Assembly (NCBI GenBank): GCA_963823335.1
Contig: CAWGLD010000005.1
Span: 320,001-384,000, forward strand
From: an uncultured delta proteobacterium
GTDB taxonomy: Bacteria; Desulfobacterota; Desulfobacteria; Desulfobacterales; B30-G6
Direction: 5' to 3'
Length of the DNA stretch: 64,000 nucleotides
Shown here: piece by piece, positions 49,992-59,144 of the stretch
Position numbering within the stretch: the stretch's first letter is position 1
How the letters are laid out: each line of letters opens with the position of its first letter
Position numbers and translations under genes: made by a program
Notes under the pieces: model-generated
Told to the model about the DNA's origin: nothing
The model's database searches: none
The model's input: the letters and a program-made list of their open reading frames with translations, nothing else

Positions 49992-50489
49992 TCAGCCTGC
50001 ACATTCAGAAAGAAAATTCTGAATGTGTTCAATGACCTCCTGTGGAGAACCGGCATAGAACAGACGGCCTTGATGTTGAAACGGTTCAAATCGTTTCTCT
50101 TCCCCGTAATTCAACAGTATAACCGGTTTGCTGCATTTCAATGCCAGGGCAATTTCAGACAAGGTCCCCATGCCCCCTGGACACGCGACCACAATGTCGC
50201 TGGAGAGGACATTGATGCAGTTTCTGGCATTTCCCATTCCGGTGACGATCGGTATGTGGATGTATTTTGAAGCCGTTTTTGCGCTACTTCCCGGAAGTAT
50301 GCCGATGGTCAGGCCTCCCTGGTCGCTGGCACCTTTTGCCGAGGATTCCATAACCCCGGTGTTTCTTGCTCCGTTTAAAAGAATCCAGCCCTGCCCGGCG
50401 ATAAGGCCCCCCAGGGTGTAGGCGTTTTCACGTTCCGTGGCACTGGCGGCACCCCCCCCCATGACGCCGATAATCAGAGGTCTTTTCAT
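49992..50489 (-). CDS. TIGR00725-like LOG/SLOG family protein
   Basis: IGVMGG, GVME...GA, GILP, TGMGNARN, GGMGTLSE. Confidence 0.88.
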   Translation of the reverse strand: MKRPLIIGVMGGGAASATERENAYTLGGLIAGQGWILLNGARNTGVMESSAKGASDQGGLTIGILPGSSAKTASKYIHIPIVTGMGNARNCINVLSSDIVVACPGGMGTLSEIALALKCSKPVILLNYGEEKRFEPFQHQGRLFYAGSPQEVIEHIQNFLSECAG

Positions 50490-50507
50490 ATGATCTCCTC
50501 ATCTACA

Positions 50508-50635
50508 TAGGCTGTAGGTGTCTAGGCTGTAGACTGTTAGGAATTGCCTATCGTATAGGTGGAATGCAAGTACTTTCCCTGACATTACCATTTAACAAAC
50601 CATATGCCCACTGCGGTCTACGACTAACAGCCTAT
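50508..50635. repeat. Inverted short tandem-repeat cassette (TAGGCTG)n ... (CAGCCTA)
   Basis: TAGGCTGTAGGTGTCTAGGCTGTAGACTGTTAGG ... GTCTACGACTAACAGCCTA; related sequence at 49968-50000. Confidence 0.6.
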
Positions 50636-51811
50636 TTATTCAGCTAAAAGTTTCTTGCTGGTTTTTGTAACCTCAATACCTTTGGATATAACCAGAGCCT
50701 TACCGATGTCAAACCCGTGTTTGAGCACCTGGTCATCCTGGCTCGAAGCAGATCGCTGAAACGTTCTGGTACGAGGATATTTATGTGACATGTAAACCCC
50801 GAGCTTGGGGTCTTCCAGGGTTGTCAAAGCAGTTGTTGTTTCCATGTCAGATGGTATGAGTTTCTGATCTGCCAGCTTTTTGCAGAAACCTTCAACCAAT
50901 CCGACGGCAAAATCTGTCTTGCGATACCGGTTCAGCGTCCCATGACGGTTGTAGTGACGCCAGTGTCTTTCGATGGTGTTTTTGACGAAATCGTAGACAT
51001 AGGAAGCGATCTTGACATTTTCCGGAACCCCGCTGATCTCAAAAACACGTCCCATTTTTCCTTTTTCAAGGACATAAGATGATACCCAGAGACCCTGGAC
51101 AAAATAGTATTTCTGCAACAGGTTTGCCAGATGATACTCCTCTCGATGATGTCGCAATGCCGGAGAACCGATAAACATGCTGACAAAGTATCGATGAGAC
51201 GATTTGTTCAGCAGATCGATGTTGTATTTCCTCATCAGTTCGTGGGCTTTGGTCATGGCGGATTCCGCTTCGTGGCGATTGGTACTTTTCGCCAGGGACA
51301 TGAGTTTTTTCACGCGTAGCAGGATCCGATCCTGATTACTGATGGAGCGAAGGTGTATCTGGTCATGCAGTGGTTTGTAGCGGCCGGATGCTTTTGGATT
51401 GGCCCTCAGACGATGGCAAGCCTTTAAAAAATCAGGCCCATGGGGAGACGTCTCTGAAGTCTTGAGAACCTGTTCGGCATACTGGTGCGCCATTTCATGA
51501 TACAGGACATCCCGAACATCGTCCCAGGGGTAGTTCAGAGCAAATGCCCGGCTGATGGAAATTTCATTTTTTGATCCAGACCAGTAACCCAGGCGGCTTT
51601 TTATTGTTCGCAGACTGAACAGGGGCTGTTTCATCTGCTGGCGGTCATGGTGAGACAGTACCCAGAGGGCATTTTGCCATTCACAGGCGATCCCATGAAC
51701 GACGCGACGTTCCAGATCCTCCTGCAGACGAATGTCAAACGCTTGCATCTGATTCATGGAAAAGCTGATCGAGCTCCGTGTCCCTGTCCATCCAGACCGG
51801 AAACGTTTCAC
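50636..51811 (-). CDS. SprT-like Zn-metalloprotease fused to DUF2786
   Basis: LGYW, HEMAHQ (HExxH), HGPDF...C; DUF2786 RVKKLMSLA..N.HEA..A...MRKYNI. Real start probably 51748-51757. Confidence 0.85.
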   Translation of the reverse strand: MKRFRSGWTGTRSSISFSMNQMQAFDIRLQEDLERRVVHGIACEWQNALWVLSHHDRQQMKQPLFSLRTIKSRLGYWSGSKNEISISRAFALNYPWDDVRDVLYHEMAHQYAEQVLKTSETSPHGPDFLKACHRLRANPKASGRYKPLHDQIHLRSISNQDRILLRVKKLMSLAKSTNRHEAESAMTKAHELMRKYNIDLLNKSSHRYFVSMFIGSPALRHHREEYHLANLLQKYYFVQGLWVSSYVLEKGKMGRVFEISGVPENVKIASYVYDFVKNTIERHWRHYNRHGTLNRYRKTDFAVGLVEGFCKKLADQKLIPSDMETTTALTTLEDPKLGVYMSHKYPRTRTFQRSASSQDDQVLKHGFDIGKALVISKGIEVTKTSKKLLAE

Positions 51812-52538
51812 GGTAATTCTGCAGGGTCGTTAGAGAAAGACTGGCTGTCTGGGTGTGAGCGCGTTTGACCTCTTGAAAATGAACATTGCCCTGATAATCG
51901 ACGACACACGAATAGCCGTTGTATTCGATCTGATTGCCGTCCACGCCGATCCGATTGACGCCGATGACATAAGATTGGTTCTCTATGGCCCTGGCCCGTA
52001 AAAGGGTCTGCCATTGGATCTCTCGGGATGCCGGCCAATTTGCGACAACGATGGCCAGATCATAGGGCTTGCCGGAATTTCTCATCCAGACCGGGAAACG
52101 AAGATCATAGCAGATAAATGGCCGGATACGCCATCCTTTCAGTTCCACTGTCAATTGATGCGTTCCGGCACTATACACCTTTTCCTCTCCGGTCATCCGA
52201 AAGAGATGTTTCTTGTCGTAAGTAACCATCCGGCCATCCGGTTTTGCCCAGATCAAACGATTGAAATAGCGCCCGTCTTCTTCAATCATGAGACTACCAG
52301 TGATGTCGGCGGATTTTTTCTTTGCTTTTTCCATCATCCAGGCCACGGCACTTCCCTGCATGGTTTCGGCAAGACCAGCCGGGTGCATACTGAACCCGGT
52401 CGAAAACATTTCAGGCAGGAGGATGAGGTCGGTGGGGTTTTCAATGGCTTCGATTTTTTTATCCAGCATTTCCAGATTGGCTTGAGTGTCTTCCCACGCC
52501 AACTCTGTCTGGATGAAGGTAACAATTAAATTCTGCAT
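51735..52538 (-). CDS. Nitrilase-family omega-amidase (YafV/MtnU-like)
   Basis: LPEMFSTGF, YDKKHLF, ICYDLRFPVW, ANWP, RAIENQ. Confidence 0.92.
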   Translation of the reverse strand: MQNLIVTFIQTELAWEDTQANLEMLDKKIEAIENPTDLILLPEMFSTGFSMHPAGLAETMQGSAVAWMMEKAKKKSADITGSLMIEEDGRYFNRLIWAKPDGRMVTYDKKHLFRMTGEEKVYSAGTHQLTVELKGWRIRPFICYDLRFPVWMRNSGKPYDLAIVVANWPASREIQWQTLLRARAIENQSYVIGVNRIGVDGNQIEYNGYSCVVDYQGNVHFQEVKRAHTQTASLSLTTLQNYRETFPVWMDRDTELDQLFHESDASV

Positions 52539-53671
52539 AACTTTTCAGCAGCCCTTTCTAGTGTCTCTTCTCTTTTGGCAAAGCAGAAACGCACTACGTT
52601 ATGATCTGTCATGGTGTGATAAAATACAGAAACCGGTATGGAAGCAACCCCGTGCTCGATGGTCATCCAACGGGTGAACTCAATATCCGGTAACTCCGAG
52701 ATAGCATGGTATTGCATCATTTGAAAATAGGTTCCGCTGCATGGGACGGGTTTGAAGCGCGAACCAGCCATATAGGATAAAAAAGCATCTCTTTTTTCCT
52801 GATAAAAGAAAGCCAGATCCTGATACAGATCTTTCTGCTCAAGGATGTCGGCATATGCGAGTTGTATGGGTGTATTGGAGGAAAAAGTAAGAAACTGATG
52901 AACCCGTTGAAACTCCCTGGAGAGTGTTTCCGGTGCCAGACAATAGCCGATTTTCCAACCTGTGGTGTGATAGGTCTTGCCAAAGGAACTTACGACATAG
53001 CTCCTGGCTGCCAGACTGGGATAACGGAGAATGCTTTCATGAATCTGATGGTCAAAAACAATATGTTCGTATACTTCATCGCTCAGAATGAGGGTTTCTG
53101 TGTTGTCAAGGGTCGTTTCCAGGGCTGCCATGTCCGATTTTTGGAGAATGGTGCCCGTGGGATTGTGAGGCGAGTTCAGGATAATAAGGCGTGTTTTTTC
53201 AGAGAGGCTATCCGCAACCTCGTCCCAGTCGATTCGGTAGTCAGGCGGCTTCAACTGCAGGAAAACGGGGATGCCATTGTTCAGTCTAACCACCGGGGCA
53301 TAGGCATCATAGGCCGGTTCGAAAATGATGACTTCATCGCCTGCACGGACCACCGAAGTTATGGCGGCGTACAGTGCTTCCGTGGCTCCGGAAGTGACGG
53401 TGATTTCCGTGTCGGGGTCGTAGTCACAACAATAGAGATCGCGCACCTTCCGGGCAATTTTCTGACGCAGAGCAGGTACTCCCTGCATGGGGGCATACTG
53501 ATTGCTGCCTTTTCTCATATAGTCGCTTACGCGCCGAATCAGGTCGGGGGCGGCATCAAAGTCCGGGAAGCCCTGGGACAGGTTGATGGCCTGGTGGTCA
53601 TTGGCCAGTTGAGACATGACCGTAAAAATGGTGACACCGACGTCAGGCAGTTTTGAATCGAGTTGTATCAT
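52526..53671 (-). CDS. Methionine/glutamine aminotransferase (YbdL/MtnE-like, class I PLP)
   Basis: SKLP.VG.TIF, NLSQGFPDF, NQYAPM, NSPHNPTG, SDEVYEH, SFGKTYHTTGWKIGY, RFCFAK. Confidence 0.93.
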   Translation of the reverse strand: MIQLDSKLPDVGVTIFTVMSQLANDHQAINLSQGFPDFDAAPDLIRRVSDYMRKGSNQYAPMQGVPALRQKIARKVRDLYCCDYDPDTEITVTSGATEALYAAITSVVRAGDEVIIFEPAYDAYAPVVRLNNGIPVFLQLKPPDYRIDWDEVADSLSEKTRLIILNSPHNPTGTILQKSDMAALETTLDNTETLILSDEVYEHIVFDHQIHESILRYPSLAARSYVVSSFGKTYHTTGWKIGYCLAPETLSREFQRVHQFLTFSSNTPIQLAYADILEQKDLYQDLAFFYQEKRDAFLSYMAGSRFKPVPCSGTYFQMMQYHAISELPDIEFTRWMTIEHGVASIPVSVFYHTMTDHNVVRFCFAKREETLERAAEKLCRI

Positions 53672-54657
53672 ACTGTTTCGTATTCTCTCAAAATACCTTG
53701 GGCTTCCATGCGGATCTCTGTACGAAGAGCGTCAGGTTCCAGCACCACGGCATCTTTTCCCCAACCCAGGATCCAGAATTTGATTTCTTCGATTCCGGCG
53801 ATTTCCGCCTTGAAAATAAGAGACCCATCCTTCTGTTTTTCCACGACTTGAGTTGCATGCCAGCTCTTTTCAAGGATATAGCCGGCAATTCTTGGTGAGA
53901 AATGGATAACCACCTGTACCGGTTCGCCAAAAAAGGCCCCGAAACTTGCGCGCAGGAGGTTTTCCATATCAAAATCCTGTGGCGCTTCAAAAGTAGTGTC
54001 TCTTAATACCATCTTCCGTATCCTGTCAACGGCAAACAGTCGTATGTCTTTCCTGAGATGACAAAAGCCGAGCATGTAAAAGGTGCCATCGAAAAACCAG
54101 AGCTTGTAGGGAGCGACGATCCTTCGGGAGGTTTTACGGCGACTCATGACAAAATAGGTTAAACGCACATGCTGCCGATTGAGAATCGCGTCGTTGATCT
54201 GATCGATGATTGTCCTGAATCGGCCGTAGTCCTTGGTTGGCTTCAGGCCGACTTTCAGACTTGATTCAACATGCCGCAGATACGTCATATACTCAGGTGG
54301 CAGGGTAGCCTTGATTTTCTGAAAAAGAGTCTCGAGAGAATCGTAGAAGAGCGTGTTTTTCAGCATTTTCAGCATATCACTGCTGAAATAGAGCGCCATG
54401 AGCTCGGTAATATTAAAGGGAATCGGTATGTAATGTTTGGCGGACTCCATCAGGGACCAGTAATTTTTTTGGTCTTTTCGCTCCGTATAGACGGGAAATC
54501 CCGCGACCTGAAGTGCCTCCAGGTCTCTGTAAACGGTTCTGGAATGGCAGGATAGCTCAACGGCCAGGTCCTGAACCGATTTCCCCCGCTTGGAAGCGAT
54601 CAGGCTCCTGATGATTTTCCATTGTCTTCCTAATTGGTCGCCTCTGGCCATATACAA
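53668..54657 (-). CDS. HTH-WYL-WCX transcriptional regulator (YafY/PafB-like)
   Basis: N-terminal wHTH (RTVYRDLEAL..AGFPV), WYL core (PYKL..FYMLG.C..R.DIRLFAVDRI), WCX (WILGWG..VLEP..LR). Confidence 0.92.
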   Translation of the reverse strand: MYMARGDQLGRQWKIIRSLIASKRGKSVQDLAVELSCHSRTVYRDLEALQVAGFPVYTERKDQKNYWSLMESAKHYIPIPFNITELMALYFSSDMLKMLKNTLFYDSLETLFQKIKATLPPEYMTYLRHVESSLKVGLKPTKDYGRFRTIIDQINDAILNRQHVRLTYFVMSRRKTSRRIVAPYKLWFFDGTFYMLGFCHLRKDIRLFAVDRIRKMVLRDTTFEAPQDFDMENLLRASFGAFFGEPVQVVIHFSPRIAGYILEKSWHATQVVEKQKDGSLIFKAEIAGIEEIKFWILGWGKDAVVLEPDALRTEIRMEAQGILREYETV

Positions 54658-54738
54658 GCTGCCTTTTTTTCCGTCATTAAAAACCTGGTCCTATGGGCCA
54701 AGTCAGAGATATTAAGTTCTGCCGGAATCATCTTAAGA

Positions 54739-55050
54739 AAGAATACAGGCGTCAGAATTCAGGCTCTTTGCTATAATGATTTTATAAAGATGAACGTCCA
54801 ACATCGAACATCGAACGTCCAATGTTGAATGGAAACAAAAAAACCAATACTGAATTATTTCTGTTTCTTCATTTTTTGAAGACCGCGCAGCAAGTTACGA
54901 GGAATGTTCTGCTGTGCGGCAGAACCTACGGGGAATGCGCTCGCTGTTTTGATTCAAAATTCGATGTTGGACGTTCGATGTTCGATGGTCATTCGGTTTC
55001 CAGCATTAAAACAATTTAGCGTTTTACGAAATTCTGTATTCTGAATTCTT
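54739..55050. repeat. Nested inverted repeat cassettes surrounding a REP/MITE-like element (copy 4 at 54876-54945)
   Basis: Outer arms CAGAAT(T/A) at 54739-54763 and 55030-55050; inner arms AACATCG at 54789-54830 and 54952-54993. Confidence 0.8.
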
Positions 55051-55119
55051 GTGGATCAGACACTTGGTGATAAAGCCCCTTGTCGGGGCAACCCGGTACC
55101 GGACCCATTGGGCACCGGT

Positions 55120-55944
55120 TTAAATAACCTGGATATGCCAGGGTTCAAACTGGACACCCAGACGGTTGTCTTGTGGGTAACGAAAGACAATGTAACCCAG
55201 TTGGGTCATCTTTTTGTATACATTGGTATGGCTGAAACGGATGGTAAAATTGGCCGCACCGAAACCGACCTGTCCCACATCAAAATCACCGATCCCATGA
55301 TAAGAATAACCTGGGGGGGCTATGGCCCGGGAGGCCAACGATAAATTGCCCTCGGTTTTCTTGACTTTTCCCAGAAACAGGTAAAATTGTTTTGCCATGC
55401 CCCGGATACCGGCTGTGAGAACAACCCCCTCGCCGATATCGTTTGATATCTGGTGATAGATCTTCTGGGAAGTGCCTTTAAAAAGATAGTTGCCGGTTCC
55501 AGGGATCTTTTGAATCTTCGATGCAGCAATGGTGCTCGAAATATTGTGAAATGTTTTATCACCTAGAAAGCCATAGATTCTGGCATCGGTTAGAAACAAT
55601 CTAGTGATAAATTCAATTTCCTGGTTCGTAAACGCACCGACTTTCGTATAGTCCCTGGCAACCCGTAGACTTTCGTCAAGACCCAGGATACAGAAATTAC
55701 CGAATCCTACTCTGGCCTGAATACGGGCAAATCGATCCAAAGTGGTCTGCAATACAGGCCAGTCATCTTTTGAAAGCAGGATATCGCGGACAGAGCTGGT
55801 CTGTTGACGGTTTGTAAGGGCGGCTCCTGTGAGCTCTTTCATGGAGGTGTCAGGAGAATCAACGGCCCTGACAATCCTGGTGGCAGGCAGACCCTGCATC
55901 ACGAGAAAAAAACCGAATGCTTTTAAGAAGGTTCTTCGATGCAT
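55120..55944 (-). CDS. Tat-exported M15/VanY-like D-Ala-D-Ala carboxypeptidase
   Basis: MHRRTFLK twin-Arg signal; APPGYSYHGIGDFD and EPWH motifs. Confidence 0.85.
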   Translation of the reverse strand: MHRRTFLKAFGFFLVMQGLPATRIVRAVDSPDTSMKELTGAALTNRQQTSSVRDILLSKDDWPVLQTTLDRFARIQARVGFGNFCILGLDESLRVARDYTKVGAFTNQEIEFITRLFLTDARIYGFLGDKTFHNISSTIAASKIQKIPGTGNYLFKGTSQKIYHQISNDIGEGVVLTAGIRGMAKQFYLFLGKVKKTEGNLSLASRAIAPPGYSYHGIGDFDVGQVGFGAANFTIRFSHTNVYKKMTQLGYIVFRYPQDNRLGVQFEPWHIQVI

Positions 55945-56300
55945 GAGGTATGGTGCTTCAGGATGAATTCCAGTTGTGATGTCTGGTCTGATGTCAGTTC
56001 AACGAACTGAACTCCCTGTTGTCTTAACCGTATCGTGCTGAAGGCATTTTCCCTGGCAAGTTCGAAATCGAAGACGGTTTGGATGGGGATATTTTTGACG
56101 CACAGGCCGTTTTGGCGGACAATGATATCCAGGTCGCAGGCACCATTAGACCGGGCTTCCGCTGCGAGGTATTTAAACGCGAGTCCGCCCATGCTGATGT
56201 CCTTGATCTGACCAAGCTTGGAGGTCTTTGGACCCAGCACCGCATAAGCCCCTTGGGCGGCCTTGAATCGTTCGTGTTTTCTGCGTTCAAAATGCTTCAT
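55923..56300 (-). CDS. Stand-alone PilZ-domain protein
   Basis: ERRKHERF and DISMGG motifs; GVQF. Confidence 0.9.
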   Translation of the reverse strand: MKHFERRKHERFKAAQGAYAVLGPKTSKLGQIKDISMGGLAFKYLAAEARSNGACDLDIIVRQNGLCVKNIPIQTVFDFELARENAFSTIRLRQQGVQFVELTSDQTSQLEFILKHHTSCIEEPS

Positions 56301-56370
56301 ATGTTATCCCGCAGCGGGATGCACATTGGTGGGCACATCACGCTTTGTTTGCCCAAAGGCGATTGCAAGG

Positions 56371-56399
56371 TGTATAAAATAGTATGCCGGGAGTGTCAA
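56371..56399 (-). promoter_or_regulatory. Putative sigma70 promoter for pilZ/M15 genes
   Basis: Minus strand TTGACA-N17-TATACA. Confidence 0.55.
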
Positions 56400-56536
56400 T
56401 AGAAAAGTAAACTCAACGATCACAGGGGATTATGGCACCTCAGGGAATTTTTTGCCAAATTCGTGTAAATTCTCCACAAGATCGATGCCCCTTGGGGTGA
56501 TGCTAGCCGTGCAGGAGATATATGGCGGGCAGTCCA

Positions 56537-56575
56537 TGGATTTGTTTCGTATTTCGGTGTTCGGATTTAGAATTT
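56537..56575 (+). repeat. 39-nt direct repeat of (ATTTCG(G/T))-type units; second copy at 58307-58345
   Basis: 36/39 identity between the two copies by manual alignment. Confidence 0.75.
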
Positions 56576-56598
56576 CTAATAAACCCGAGTATTCGCCG

Positions 56599-57447
56599 TC
56601 AAACAAGTGTCAGGTAATAGAAACCTGATCCAATGGCCCAAAAAAGAACCATCACTGTTGCCAGGGCACACAAATGTGCCAGAATTCTGTGCAGCCGGGT
56701 TTCAATTTTTCTTTCATGGTAACCAAACAAAAATCCGAGCAGGACACCTCCGGCGAGGCCGCCACCGTGCCCCCAGTTATCGATACCCGGGATCAGGAAC
56801 CCGAACAGAAAGATAACCAGCACCCAACCGCCGATTTGACGATAGATGGCTTGCCCGTAGACACCGCCGCGGCTCTTGCCGAAATAAAGAGCGGCGCCGA
56901 TGAGACCACAGATTGCTGCGGATGAGCCGATAGTGTCATGGGTACCCCTCAGATAGGAAACCCAGAATCCGATCGTTCCGCCAAGGGTATAGATGCTGAA
57001 CATCCGGTGTATACCATATTCACGGATTATGAGCGCCGAGATCTGGCGGAGTGCCATCATATTGAACAAAATATGCAGGATGCCGCCGTGAAGATAAGTG
57101 GCCGATAAAAGGGTCCACCAGCGGTGCAAGTTGTCAATGGCAAAGGTACCGGTCGCTCCGAACAGTCTGAGACTCAATAGGCTGGGAGATAGAAAATGCA
57201 GGGGGTTTCCCATGGAAAGACTGAGATTCTGAAAGCTGATCAGGACCGTAAGGGCAAACATCCCCACATTGACGTATATGATACCCTTGATGAATCGAGC
57301 CGGGTCTTTGAAGAGACGCGTAACAAGATTGTTGTGTATCCAGGATCCGGGTTTTAATGTACCACAATAGGGACAGCTGGCTTCATCCACACTGACGAGT
57401 TTGCGGCAGTTCGGGCACACAATAGTTTTCAACACAGTACGGGGCAT
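56599..57447 (-). CDS. Rhomboid intramembrane serine protease with N-terminal zinc ribbon
   Basis: CPNC..CPYC, WWTLLSATYLHGGILHILFNM, GSSAA (catalytic Ser), HGGG (catalytic His). Confidence 0.92.
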   Translation of the reverse strand: MPRTVLKTIVCPNCRKLVSVDEASCPYCGTLKPGSWIHNNLVTRLFKDPARFIKGIIYVNVGMFALTVLISFQNLSLSMGNPLHFLSPSLLSLRLFGATGTFAIDNLHRWWTLLSATYLHGGILHILFNMMALRQISALIIREYGIHRMFSIYTLGGTIGFWVSYLRGTHDTIGSSAAICGLIGAALYFGKSRGGVYGQAIYRQIGGWVLVIFLFGFLIPGIDNWGHGGGLAGGVLLGFLFGYHERKIETRLHRILAHLCALATVMVLFWAIGSGFYYLTLV

Positions 57448-57500
57448 TGGACGCTATTTTCTTTTAGGAATTAGGACGCATAACAGTAAAATACGTACTG

Positions 57501-57529
57501 ATGGTAATGATTCGGCATTGATCTGTCAA
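57501..57529 (-). promoter_or_regulatory. Putative sigma70 promoter for rhomboid gene
   Basis: Minus strand TTGACA-N17-TACCAT. Confidence 0.55.
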
Positions 57530-57546
57530 TTAAATTACTATAGATA

Positions 57547-57625
57547 GCCATAAGCGGTAAGCACTAAGCAACAAGCTGCTGCCGGTCAACCCACTTATAG
57601 CTTATGGCTTATGGCTTACAGCTTA
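57547..57625. repeat. Inverted 7-mer cassette (NNTAAGC)n ... (GCTTANN)n
   Basis: CCATAAGCGGTAAGCACTAAGC ... CTTATAGCTTATGGCTTATGGCTTACAGCTTA; same family at 2876-3000 and 18505-18550. Confidence 0.8.
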
Positions 57626-57708
57626 CTGTTCCGTTCCTTACGCCTTGAATTCATTACCGTCAATGGATCGGGTGAGGGACGCATACTTAACAGGAAAAAG
57701 GGAATTCA

Positions 57709-58026
57709 ATGACGACAATTCATCTTGTTTACATGACCACCAGTGACAAGGCAGAGGCCCGCAAGATCGGTATGGCCCTGGTGGAATCGCACTTGGCAGC
57801 CTGTGTGAACATTATCGATCAGATGAGCTCTTTATATCGCTGGGAAGGAAAGATACAGGAAGATCAGGAGGTTGTTCTGATCGCCAAGACCACGGAAAAA
57901 AAATTACCGGCGCTGAAGCGTAAAGTTAAAGCGATGCATAGCTACGAGTGTCCTTGCATCGTATGCCTGCCGGTTACGGACGGCTATGAGCCGTTTTTGC
58001 AGTGGATACGGGAACACGTCGATTAA
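57709..58026 (+). CDS. cutA: Divalent-cation tolerance protein
   Basis: LAACVN, SLYRWEG, KT, HSYECPCI. Confidence 0.95.
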   Translation: MTTIHLVYMTTSDKAEARKIGMALVESHLAACVNIIDQMSSLYRWEGKIQEDQEVVLIAKTTEKKLPALKRKVKAMHSYECPCIVCLPVTDGYEPFLQWIREHVD

Positions 58027-58037
58027 AGGAAAGCAAC

Positions 58038-58292
58038 ATGAAAGATGATAACGGTTTGTATTACCATCCGCAGCTGCAGAATAAGCGTGTGCGGATGTAT
58101 GTTCGTAAGTTCGGCAGCGAAATCCAGTTTCGGCTCTGGAACCAGGACGTGCCCGAGCTGTGGGAGGAACATGGCTGGGTGGCGCACGAAGCTATTCTAC
58201 AGGCTGCGAAGATGTATGGGGGCAAGACTATAGACCCGGGAAAGGTGTATGATATCAATATAGCAGAAGGGCTTTTGAAAGAGGAAGGTTGA
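58038..58292 (+). CDS. Small hypothetical protein (84 aa)
   Basis: MKDDNGLYYHP..RMYVR..FRLW..WEEHGW; AAAGGA RBS right after cutA. Confidence 0.7.
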   Translation: MKDDNGLYYHPQLQNKRVRMYVRKFGSEIQFRLWNQDVPELWEEHGWVAHEAILQAAKMYGGKTIDPGKVYDINIAEGLLKEEG

Positions 58293-58433
58293 CGTCGAAC
58301 TATATTTGGATTTGTTTCGTATTTCGATATTCGTATTTAGAATTTATCATAAGTTAAATGTGTATAAAATTAACCCTTGTAGGGTTGAATCAGTGCCGGG
58401 CCCTTTGGACCCGGTTATCTACTTACATATTTT

Positions 58434-58832
58434 TTAGAGTCCCTGCAGTAAACTTCTTACCACATTCCCGTCTGCCCGGGCGCCGAAATATTTCATGATC
58501 GGGCCCATGGCTTGCATCTTGCTCTTGAATTGTGAAAAATCTATGTTGTCCGTGACCCAGGCGACAATTTCGTCCTCTGAAGCCATCTGTGGCAGATAGG
58601 TTTCAATGATTTGGATAAAGACTGTGTCTTTGTCAGAACCCTTTTGTGCCAGGGTTTCTTTTTCTGATTTGATCAGTTTCTTCAGGACCTTGATTACCTC
58701 CTCATCGGAAAGCTCTTTTGTATCGGCCCTGGCGAATTCCCCCATGATGACCCGCAGGGTACTTTTCTTATCTTCATCCTTGGCTTTCATGGCACCCATA
58801 AGATCCTTTTTGATTTGCTGCTGAATGGTCAT
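58434..58832 (-). CDS. GatB/YqeY domain protein
   Basis: DL..AMKAKD, YLPQM, MG.IM...GARADG. Confidence 0.9.
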   Translation of the reverse strand: MTIQQQIKKDLMGAMKAKDEDKKSTLRVIMGEFARADTKELSDEEVIKVLKKLIKSEKETLAQKGSDKDTVFIQIIETYLPQMASEDEIVAWVTDNIDFSQFKSKMQAMGPIMKYFGARADGNVVRSLLQGL

Positions 58833-58909
58833 TGCTGACTCCTTGTCATCATTTGGTAAATTTTAAGTCCATGTCTATTTATATGATTTATCCATAATTC
58901 CTTCAAAAA

Positions 58910-59125
58910 TAGAGTCCAAGGATTAGAGGGTTCAAGTGTTTGCTGATAGATTGATTTCTTGCAAGGAATTCTTATCTTGTCAAGTAAGTTTACTGGATAC
59001 AGAACCTTGGAATTTTAACCTGTTTTGTGCTATGCATTCTGGAAGCATTTTTGTTTTTTTAAGTGCCTCTGTTTACTGGATCTTCGGGTTCTCCCACCCT
59101 TGAACCCTTGGATCCTCGAACCCTC
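58910..59125. repeat. Inverted 8-mer cassette (TTCAAGGG-type ... CCCTTGAA-type)
   Basis: CCAAGGATTAGAGGGTTCAAG ... CCCTTGAACCCTTGGATCCTCGAACCC; same family at 1190-1295, 2092-2135, 21638-21685 and 31479-31520. Confidence 0.7.
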
Positions 59126-59144
59126 AAACCCATGGTCTTAAAGA

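Noticed and set aside
56301..56370. c-di-GMP-I (GEMM) riboswitch upstream of pilZ, suggested by GGGCAAAC on the minus strand
   Set aside because: Lacks the GNRA-capped stem, the GACGCAAAG junction and the second stem; it is only a simple hairpin.
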